A stretch of 64,000 nucleotides of DNA from Eledone cirrhosa (taxonomy: Eukaryota): the NCBI GenBank assembly GCA_964016885.1, contig OZ024740.1:4278001-4342000 (forward strand). Reading direction: 5' to 3'. Under the pieces are notes generated by a model that saw only the letters and a program-made list of their open reading frames with translations, had not been told where the DNA came from and did not search any database. Positions within the stretch are counted from its first letter, which is position 1, and every line of letters starts with the position of its first letter. Both the position numbers and the translations under genes were made by a program. This document shows, piece after piece, positions 1 through 9,142 of this stretch.

Positions 1-2536
1 CCATCTTCCCATGTTAAAATACCTCACCATCTTCCCACATGTTAAAATACCTCACCATCTTCCCACATGTTAAAATACCTCACCCTCTTCCCATGTTAAA
101 ATACCTCACCATCTTCCCACGTTAAAATACCTCACCATCTTCCCATGTTAAAATAACCTCACCATCTTCCCATATTAAAATACCTCACCATCTTCCCATG
201 TTAAAATACCTCACCATCTTCCCACATGTTAAAATACCTCACCATCTTCCCACATGTTAAAATACTTCACCATCTTCCCATGTTAAAATACCTCACCCTC
301 TTCCCATGTTAAAATACCTCACCATCTTCCCATGTTAAAATACCTCACCATCTTCCCATGTTAAAATACCTCACCATCTTCCCATGTTAAAATACCTCAC
401 CATCTTCCCACATGTTAAAATACCTCACCATCTTCCCACATGTTAAAATACCTCACCCTCTTCCCATGTTAAAATACCTCACCATCTTCCCATGTTAAAA
501 TACCTCACCATCTTCCCATGTTAAAATAACCTCACCATCTTCCCATGTTAAAATACCTCACCATCTTCCCATGTTAAAATACCTCACCATCTTCCCACAT
601 GTTAAAATACCTCACCATCTTCCCACATGTTAAAATACTTCACCATCTTCCCATGTTAAAATACCTCACCCTCTTCCCATGTTAAAATACCTCACCCTCT
701 TCCCATGTTAAAATACCTCACCATCTTCCCATGTTAAAATACCTCACCATCTTCCCACATGTTAAAATACCTCACCATCTTCCCACATGTTAAAATACCT
801 CACCCTCTTCCCATGTTAAAATACCTCACCATCTTCCCATGTTAAAATACCTCACCATCTTCCCATGTTAAAATAACCTCACCATCTTCCCATGTTAAAA
901 TACCTCACCATCTTCCCATGTTAAAATACCTCACCATCTTCCCATGTTAAAATAACCTCACCATCTTCCGATGTTAAAATACCTCACCATCTTCCCATGT
1001 TAAAATACCTCACCATCTTCCCATGTTAAAATAACCTCACCATCTTCCCATGTTAAAATACCTCACCATCTTCCCACATGTTAAAATACTTCACCATCTC
1101 CCATGTTAAAATACCTCACCCTCTTCCCATGTTATAATACCTCACCCTCTTCCCATGTTAAAATACCTCACCATCTTCCCATGTTAAAATACCTCACCAT
1201 CTTCCCATGTTAAAATACCTCACCATCTTCCCACATGTTAAAATACCTCACCATCTTCCCACATGTTAAAATACCTCACCCTCTTCCCATGTTAAAATAC
1301 CTCACCATCTTCCCACGTTAAAATACCTCACCATCTTCCCATGTTAAAATAACCTCACCATCTTCCCATATTAAAATACCTCACCATCTTCCCATGTTAA
1401 AATACCTCACCATCTTCCCACATGTTAAAATACCTCACCATCTTCCCACATGTTAAAATACTTCACCATCTTCCCATGTTAAAATACCTCACCCTCTTCC
1501 CATGTTAAAATACCTCACCATCTTCCCATGTTAAAATACCTCACCATCTTCCCATGTTAAAATACCTCACCATCTTCCCATGTTAAAATACCTCACCATC
1601 TTCCCACATGTTAAAATACCTCACCATCTTCCCACATGTTAAAATACCTCACCCTCTTCCCATGTTAAAATACCTCACCATCTTCCCATGTTAAAATACC
1701 TCACCATCTTCCCATGTTAAAATAACCTCACCATCTTCCCATGTTAAAATACCTCACCATCTTCCCATGTTAAAATACCTCACCATCTTCCCACATGTTA
1801 AAATACCTCACCATCTTCCCACATGTTAAAATACTTCACCATCTTCCCATGTTAAAATACCTCACCCTCTTCCCATGTTAAAATACCTCACCCTCTTCCC
1901 ATGTTAAAATACCTCACCATCTTCCCATGTTAAAATACCTCACCATCTTCCCACATGTTAAAATACCTCACCATCTTCCCACATGTTAAAATACCTCACC
2001 CTCTTCCCATGTTAAAATACCTCACCATCTTCCCATGTTAAAATACCTCACCATCTTCCCATGTTAAAATAACCTCACCATCTTCCCATGTTAAAATACC
2101 TCACCATCTTCCCATGTTAAAATACCTCACCATCTTCCCATGTTAAAATAACCTCACCATCTTCCGATGTTAAAATACCTCACCATCTTCCCATGTTAAA
2201 ATACCTCACCATCTTCCCATGTTAAAATAACCTCACCATCTTCCCATGTTAAAATACCTCACCATCTTCCCATGTTAAAATACCTCACCATCTTCCCATG
2301 TTAAAATACCTCACCATCTTCCCATGTTAAAATAACCTCACCATCTTCCCATGTTAAAATACCTCACCATCTTCCCATGTTAAAATACCTCACCATCTTC
2401 CCATGTTAAAATAACCTCACCATCTTCCCATGTTAAAATACCTCACCATCTTCCCATGTTAAAATAACCTCACCATCTTCCCATGTTAAAATACCTCACC
2501 ATCTTCCCATGTTAAAATAACCTCACCATCTTCCCA
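1..2536. repeat. Satellite array A, 26-bp unit CCATCTTCCCATGTTAAAATACCTCA (27/28-bp length variants), truncated at window start
   Basis: Unit read directly. Variants: +CA (cccacatg), +A (aaaataacc), atct>ctct. Rare variants recur at an offset of 1196 bp (cccacg 121/1317; catatt 171/1367; ttccg 970/2166). Confidence 0.98.
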
Positions 2537-2634
2537 ATCATGTAGACATTCCTTGTAGTATACTATTATTGATGATCAGAAATAATGATAACAAATGATT
2601 GATCAACCAATCAATCAAAAAATCAGTCAGTCGG

Positions 2635-2877
2635 TATATATATATGTATGTATATATGTATGTAAGTATGTATGTATGTATGTATGTATGTATGTATGTA
2701 TGTATGTACCACTCGTTCAGCGCATCCGTAGGGGTTCTCCTACATGGATATAAAGTAGTGGACGTACTCGAAAACGAGTTGGCAGCCACCATGTATGTAT
2801 GTATGTATGTATGTATGTATGTATGTATGTATGTGTGTGTGTGTGTATGTGTGTGTGTATGTATGTATGTATGTATG
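2635..2877. repeat. (TA)n/(TATG)n/(TG)n microsatellite interrupted by an RTE 3'-end fragment
   Basis: (TATG)n runs directly on both sides of 2709-2790. Confidence 0.95.
2709..2790 (+). mobile_element. Extremely 5'-truncated RTE LINE copy (last codons of zinc finger + 3' UTR), zinc-finger RTE sister family
   Basis: Nearly identical to 8750-8827. Encodes R-S-A-H-P-stop and ends in GTACTCGAAAACGAGTTGGCAGCCACC followed by (ATGT)n. Confidence 0.8.
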
Positions 2878-3272
2878 AGGGAGCTTATAGATAGGACAAC
2901 ACACGCTGTCTTTTCGTGGGGTAAGTTTTTAATTAATTTTTGTATTCTGAAACATCAAAATACAACAATTTGTTGGTCAGTGGACTCGGGAATGTCACGA
3001 CCGAAGTTTGTGGAAGTTACACAAATATTTTAGTATATTTTAGCAGAGCAATCCTTATTTATATTTTACATTTTACATTTACTTACATCTCAATATAACA
3101 TGGCTAAAATTCAAATTTTGCAAAGAGAAGAAAACGGTCAAATGAATTAGATACATCGCACTCTCCCCCGCCACCACAATAACTTCTACACTCTCTCCCC
3201 ACCATCACATGTCATTACCCTATCTACACTAAAGTCATCGACCTGTTGTCAAACTCTTTACTCTCTGTTGAA

Positions 3273-3276
3273 TGTG

Positions 3277-3309
<33 letters not shown>

Positions 3310-3592
3310 ATATACATCACTCAGTCAAACGACCAGATTTCAACCCCAACATCTACAACAACAACACCGGCACTAATGTTTACAGCAACAACAGCTTCAG
3401 AATGAACTGAAATGAACATTTACAACAACAACAACAACAGCGGCATCAAAAGATTAAAAAAAAACAAAAAAAAACTCAAAATAACAAAACACACACAGAC
3501 ACACACACGCACACAACACAACAACAACATCAACTGCCACTGCCACCACCACCACCACCACCACCGCCACCGCCGCCGCCATCACCATCACC
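3273..3592. repeat. Low-complexity tract: (TA)n, (CAA)n, poly-A, (CA)n, (CAC/CGC)n
   Basis: Simple repeats read directly; they explain the N/H-rich ORF 3412-3693. Confidence 0.9.
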
Positions 3593-3620
3593 AGCGACCG
3601 GGCCTTAAGAAAACAACTTT

Positions 3621-3776
3621 AATAATAATTTTTCTGCTTTTGGCAGGGATCCAGCGACTGGCCCAGCGCATCACTGGTACTCTCTTTTGTTGACTCCGTG
3701 GGGATGAAAGGCAAGGTTGACCTCGGCGGGATTTGAGCTCAGAACGTGGAGGGCCGTGACTCTATGCTGTAAAGCA
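3621..3776 (-). mobile_element. tRNA-derived SINE copy (diverged, partial)
   Basis: Core ACTGGTACT...GGATGAAAGGCAAGGTTGACCTCGGCGGGATTTGAGCTCAG matches the copies at 45984-46167 and (reverse complement) 46698-46894; (AAT)n tail at the left end. Confidence 0.8.
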
Positions 3777-3880
3777 ATTATAATAATACTGGACTGTAGT
3801 ACGATTGGCTTCAACTATACAAACTCTTGAAAGTCAACAGTTGACATAATCTTGTAATCTTGTATCAGTAATGACGGTAA

Positions 3881-3882
3881 TG

Positions 3883-3949
<67 letters not shown>

Positions 3950-4060
3950 ATGTGTGTGTGTAAGTGAGTAGAGTAGCGTGTGTGTGTTTGTTTGTATGTA
4001 TGAGTGTTGCTGTGTGCGCGCATATGTATGCGTGTGTGTGTACGTCGTACGTATAAGTGT
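3881..4060. repeat. (TA)n and TG-rich microsatellite upstream of the RTE LINE
   Basis: Read directly. Confidence 0.9.
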
Positions 4061-4396
4061 CAATAAATGATTTTCATTTTTTTGCGCGCTCGCGAGCGGA
4101 CATAGAAATAATCGGGCTGGATGCCCGATCGCGCAGTTAAACCACTGGGAGTGACGAACCCCTAGCCCTTGTCAGGGCATTCTTCTAGGAGAAGGCATCT
4201 CAGGAAACTGAGTTAACTCCGACATAAAACCTGCGGCTCAGTAGTTACCGATGATGTTGATCTTTTCTTCTTTTCGGGTTATAGCTACTGTCACTCAGAG
4301 AGTGGGATTGGCTCAGTGCACAGTCTTTCCTCACTTTAAAAATATTCGTCACGCACAGGCATTGCACGAGTGCATTAATAATTATTAATAGTGTAC

Positions 4397-4429
<33 letters not shown>

Positions 4430-4452
4430 TTTTTTTTTTTTTTTCCAATTCA

Positions 4453-4605
4453 ATGATGTTCCAGAACAATATAAAAGAGATAATTGGCAATTTAGGTTCT
4501 GGAACAAAAAAGATCATTGGCAATAAGGGCAGGGGCCCCAGGTTATCACAGCCTGGGGCCCGCTCGTCATCGTGCCATTGTAATAGAGCCAAACAAGGCA
4601 TTTAG
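4453..4605 (+). CDS. Short 50-aa upstream ORF overlapping the start of the RTE EN-RT frame (putative RTE mini-ORF1)
   Basis: ATG at 4453, open to TAG 4603-4605 (MMFQNNIKEIIGNLGSGTKKIIGNKGRGPRLSQPGARSSSCHCNRAKQGI). A short overlapping ORF1 is described for C. elegans RTE-1. Could also be a chance ORF. Confidence 0.35.
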   Translation: MMFQNNIKEIIGNLGSGTKKIIGNKGRGPRLSQPGARSSSCHCNRAKQGI

Positions 4606-7600
4606 TCTTGGCTGCTAGAACGTACGGACGCTGCTTGACAGGGATTCCTTGGGGCGCCCTGAACGAAGGACCGCTCTTGTTGAAAAGGAGCTTCGACGTT
4701 ACGATCTTGACATCGTGGCTTTATCTGAGACGAGGCTAGCTGGAGATGGTCATCTTACGGAATTTTGTGGAGAATATACATTCTTCTGGAAAGGAAGAGA
4801 TGAAGGAACCAGAAGAGAGACTGGGGTAGGATTTGCTGTTAAGACTGTGCTTGTGAACAAATTAGAAGAATTCCCAGTAGGGATTAGTGAGTGTCTTATG
4901 TCCATGAGAGTTCCGCTGGACAAGGGAAGATATGCTACCCTGGTGAGTGTGTATGCTCCAACTATGAGTTCTGTCGATGAGGAAAAGGTGTCCTTTTACC
5001 ATGCCTTGAAATGTGTTTTAAGAAATATCCCTCAGGCAGACAAAGTCATCGTGCTTGGTGACTTTAATGCTAGAGTGGGTAGGGATTTTAACACATGGAA
5101 TGTAATCGGAAGGCATGGGATGGGAAAGTGTAACAGCAATGGTATGCTCCTGCTGCAGATGTGTGAGGAGCTGGATCTGTGTGTTACCAACACCATGTTC
5201 CAACAAAAGAACAAATTCAAAACCACATGGATGCATCCTGCATCTAAGGAATGGCATCTTTTGGACTACGTCCTAGTCAGGATGCGTGACAGACAGGATG
5301 TGCAGTGTGTTCGTGTTCTTCGTGGAGCTGAGTGCTGGACGGACCACCGCCTGGTACGCGCAAAAGTGAAACTAATCACTAAACGTAAAATCCGGGCTCC
5401 TGGTGTTGCCCTGCCCAAAAGACTGAATGCTGCTCGTCTTAAGGATAAAAATGTGAAGAGGACATTGGAAGAAGAGATGCAGGATGCAGATCTTGGTGAG
5501 GATTGGCCGACCCTTAAAAAGTCGGTTTATGATGTAGGCAGGCGTGTTCTGGGATTGGCGCAGAGGAAACATCAGGACTGGTTTGATGAGAATGATGTAC
5601 ATATAGAAGACTTGTTGGCTGATAAGAGGCGTGCTCTGTCACGCTACTTGACGGCAAAACCACAGGAGAGGAATACTTTGCATGAGGAACTCAGGGATGT
5701 AAAATCACGTGTTAGGCGGAGTCTTTCTCAGATGAAGGATCAGTGGTGGAGTGAGAAGGCTGGTGAGATACAAACTGCGTCTGATTCCAATAACACAAAG
5801 CTGTTGTACAGTCTCTTGCGTGAGGTTTATGGACCGTCTTCTTCTCTGGTGACACCGCTTCGCAGCAAGGATGGCAAAGAACTTCTTCGTGACTCATAAG
5901 GAATTCTACGAAGGTGGCGAGAGCACTTTGATGATCTTTTGAATCAGCCGTCTGTCGTCAGTGAAGATTTCCTCAATCTCATTCCAGAAAGTCCTGTGAA
6001 AGTAGCTCTCGCAGAACCTCCGACGCTTGTGGAGGTTGCAGTGGCTATTTCGAAGCTGAACAGTGGAAGATCTCCAGGTATGGATGGCATACATGCTGAG
6101 CTCCTACAATATGGTGGTGGGAGACTCCTGCAGCATCTTCACTCTTTGTTTGGCAGGATATGGGCTAATGAATCCGTACCTGAGGACTGGAGAGATGCAG
6201 TACATTAGGTGATCTTGTACAAGGGAAAGGGTAACAGGAACGATTGTGGGAACTACAGAGGTATATCATTGCTTTCTGTCGTAGGGAAAGTTTTATGTAG
6301 GGTGCTTCTGGACCGTCTGCTGACACACATTGCAGATTGTGTTCTTCCTGAAAGTCAATCTGGTTTTCGTGCTGGACGCGGCACTACTGACATGATCTTC
6401 TCAGCTAGACAGCTCCAGGAGAAGTGCATGGAACAAGGCTTGGATCTGTATCAGGTTTTTGTCGATCTGACAAAAGCTTTCGATACTGTTAACAGAGATG
6501 CATTATGGAAGGTTCTCCAGAAACTTGGTTGCCCTGATAAGTTCCTTGCTTTAGTTAGGTCTTTCCATGACGACATGAAGGCTTGGTTAGTTAGGTCTTT
6601 CCATGACGACATGAAGGCTTGGGTTAATATCGGGGGTAACATGTCGGAGCCTATCTCAGTAAAAAATGGAGTGAAACAGGGGGATAATCCAGCACCGACC
6701 CTGTTTGCCATATACTTTGCAATGGTTTTCTGTATTGCATTCAGGAATTGTGAGCATGGTGTTTACATCCGATATCGAACCTCAGGCAGCATATTTAACA
6801 TCAGGCGCTTTGCTGCGAAGACAAAAGTATTTATATCAATCATAAGAGATCTCTTGTATGCAGATGATTGCGATCTTGTAGCGCACACAGAGAGTGATAT
6901 GCAGCACATTTTGAATGCATTTTCTGACGCTTGCACTGCCCAAGGTCTGACTGTCAGTCTCAAGAAAACCGTCGTCATGTACCAACCTGCCCCTGGTAAG
7001 CAGTACACTGAACCAAACATCTATGTGTATGGCAAACGACTTGGAGTGGTTGATCAGTTTGTCTACCTGGGAAGCACTCAATCGATACAGCAACCTTGAC
7101 AGTGAAATCTCACTTAGGATTAGGAAAGCAAGTGATGCTTTCGGAAAGCTAGAAAGGCGAAAGGCGACTCTGGGGTCGGCGAGACATATGCAGGAGGACA
7201 AAGGTAAAGGTGTACAGGGCATGTGTGCTCTCTTGTCTTCTTTATGCCTGCGAGACCTGGGTCACATATCGACACCACCTTAAGCAATTGGAGCGTTTCC
7301 ATCAGATGTGTCTCAGACGGATCCATGGCGTTCACTGGAGGGACCACATCAGTGATGTCGAGATTTTGGAAAGCTCTATGTGTGACAGTATAGAAGCTCT
7401 TGTGCTTAAGCAACGACTCCGTTGGAGTGGTCACCTTACCAGGATGAAGGATTCTAGAATACCAAAACAACTCTTTTATGGAGAGTTGGTTAAAGGAAAA
7501 CGACCGCCACATAAACCAAAAAGGAGGTATACGGATTCCTTGAAAGCCTCTCTGAAAGACGCTAACATCTCTGTTGATACATGGGAAAATATTGCTGCTG

Positions 7601-8043
7601 ATCGTAATAAATGGAGAAAGACTGTATATGAGGGAAAAGTTGCCTTTGAGGCATCTCGAATCGCATACGAGAAAGTAAAGCGGGATGTGAGGAAGGGCAT
7701 TGCTGTTGCACTTCCAGGCGGCGAGGGTCCTCCTATGGTGCTGACATGCAGCGTCTGTGCGAGACTCTGCCTAAGCAAAGCTGGACTCGAAAGTCATCTT
7801 CGCAGTCATAAAGTAAGACCAGTGGTTGACTACCAGGCTGCTGTTGGAGATGCTACTCATCATGCTTGCCAAACATGTGGTAGAGAATGTAAATCAGCAG
7901 GAGGGCTCAAGCGACATGCAAAAGTACACGAACTCCAACCACAGCCGACTATTCCCAGTGAATGTTTTGGTTGCCGACTCTGTGCAAGACATTTTAGATC
8001 ATTGGCTGGGCTAAAAAGCCACATTCGATCGCAGCGCTGTTAG
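4601..8043 (+). pseudogene. RTE ORF2 pseudogene: APE endonuclease + reverse transcriptase + 3 x C2H2 zinc finger
   Basis: Motifs [W>stop]NVRTL, LSETR, SVYAPT, LGDFNARVG, LDYVL, TDHRLV; NYRGISLLS, QSGFR, FVDLTKAFD, GVKQG, YADD (6857-6868), YLGS, LRWSGH. Lesions: stops at 4616, 5897 and 6206; a 36-bp duplication at 6551-6622; frameshifts near 7080 and 7160-7200. Confidence 0.95.
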
Positions 8044-8049
8044 TTGCTA

Positions 8050-8171
8050 TCGTGTGTGTGTAGATATGCTTATGTGTGTGCGTGTATGTGTATATGTATA
8101 TGTATATTATTATTGTTAATATCGTTATTATTATTGTTGTTATTATTATTATTATTATTGTTATTAATGTA

Positions 8172-8202
<31 letters not shown>

Positions 8203-8325
8203 ATGTATGTGTGTATGTATATATATATGTATATATATATGTATGTATGTGTATATATATATATATTTTTCTTTCTTTTTGTAATTTTTATGATCTTTTT
8301 TAATTATTTATTAAATTTTTTTTTC
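8050..8325. repeat. Compound microsatellite (TG)n/(TTA)n/(TA)n/poly-T expanded inside the LINE 3' UTR
   Basis: Lies between the ORF2 stop (8043) and the conserved terminal motif (8338-8368). Confidence 0.85.
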
Positions 8326-8370
8326 TTCTCGTGCAATGGCCATACTCGATAACGAGGGGGCAGCCATCAA

Positions 8371-8532
8371 GTATGTCGGTATGTATGTATGTATGTATTA
8401 AGTATGTATGTATGTTGTTATATATGTATGTATGTATGTATGTTGGTATATATGTATGTATGTATGTATGTTGGTATGTATGTATGCAAGTATGTTGGTA
8501 TGTATGTATGTATGTTGGTATGTATGTATGTA
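8371..8532. repeat. Degenerate (TATG)n tail with TATGTTGG variants
   Basis: Read directly after the LINE 3' end. Confidence 0.9.
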
Positions 8533-8827
8533 GTCAGTCCCACTCTCTTGGTTAAGAGAGTGCCACTGGCTTTGTGCAGTGCCTTTGCTCACTATAAAAG
8601 CTTCACAGCACAGGCATTGCTTTATATCTGGAGATCTCTATGCACTTGTCATCACATACCATGGGCCCAGCACTATGTGTCAATAATTGTCACAAGTCTA
8701 GTGTTTGTAACAGAGTTTTCAGGTCGCTGGCTGGATTAAAAAGTCACATCCGTTCAGCGCATATGTAGGGGTTCTCCTACATGGATATAAAGTAGTGGCC
8801 GTACTCGAAAACGAGTTGGCAGCCACC
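8533..8827 (+). mobile_element. 5'-truncated copy of a sister zinc-finger RTE LINE
   Basis: 8706-8768 translates CNRVFRSLAGLKSHIRSAHM*, homologous to CARHFRSLAGLKSHIRSQRC* of the upstream element. Same 3' terminal motif and (TATG)n tail. Confidence 0.88.
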
Positions 8828-9082
8828 ATGTATGTATGTATGTATGTATGTATGTATGTATGTATGTATGTATGTATGTATGTCGGATTATATGTATGTA
8901 TGAACGTATGTCGGTATATATGTATGTATGTATGCTGGTATATATGTATGTATGTATGTTGGTATATATGTATGTATATATGCATGTATGTATGTTGGTA
9001 TGTATGTATGCAAGTATGTTGGTATGTAAGTAGGTATGTCAGTATGTAAGTATGTATATACATGTATACATGTGTATGTATA
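8828..9082. repeat. (TATG)n tail/microsatellite, degenerate distally
   Basis: Read directly. Confidence 0.9.
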
Positions 9083-9090
9083 AGAACGGA

Positions 9091-9142
9091 GACATAGAAA
9101 TATTTGGGCTGGATACACGATCGCGTGGTTATACCACCGGGA
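9091..9142 (+). mobile_element. 5'-end fragment (about 52 bp) of a related RTE element, abutting satellite B
   Basis: Ungapped 44/52 identity to 4099-4150 by hand alignment (GACATAGAAATA.T.GGGCTGGAT.C.CGATCGCG..GTTA.ACCAC.GGGA). Confidence 0.7.

Larger units (their letters stand above)
4085..8368 (+). mobile_element. Near-full-length RTE-clade (BovB/RTE-1-like) non-LTR retrotransposon with three C-terminal C2H2 zinc fingers; inactivated
   Basis: Structured 5' UTR, APE endonuclease, RT, C2H2 fingers, and 3' terminal motif GGCCATACTCGATAACGAGGGGGCAGCCATC followed by (TATG)n. The 5' boundary is approximate, set from homology with 9091-9142. Confidence 0.92.

Noticed and set aside
1-2536. Possible telomeric repeat
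   Set aside because: No TTAGGG/TTAGG-type unit. A subtelomeric location cannot be judged from this window.
2878-2930. Possible small host exon ending at a GTAAGT donor (about 2921)
   Set aside because: No recognisable peptide or convincing acceptor; it cannot be supported without RNA-seq.
2538-4063. Short ORFs rich in YVCM/HTYI/N/H repeats (also 8044-9118)
   Set aside because: These are translations of microsatellites.
4506-4561. A AAA AAG slippery site plus downstream hairpin as a -1 frameshift signal
   Set aside because: The spacer is about 20 nt (usually 5-9), and a -1 shift from the uORF frame does not enter the ORF2 frame (+1 is needed).
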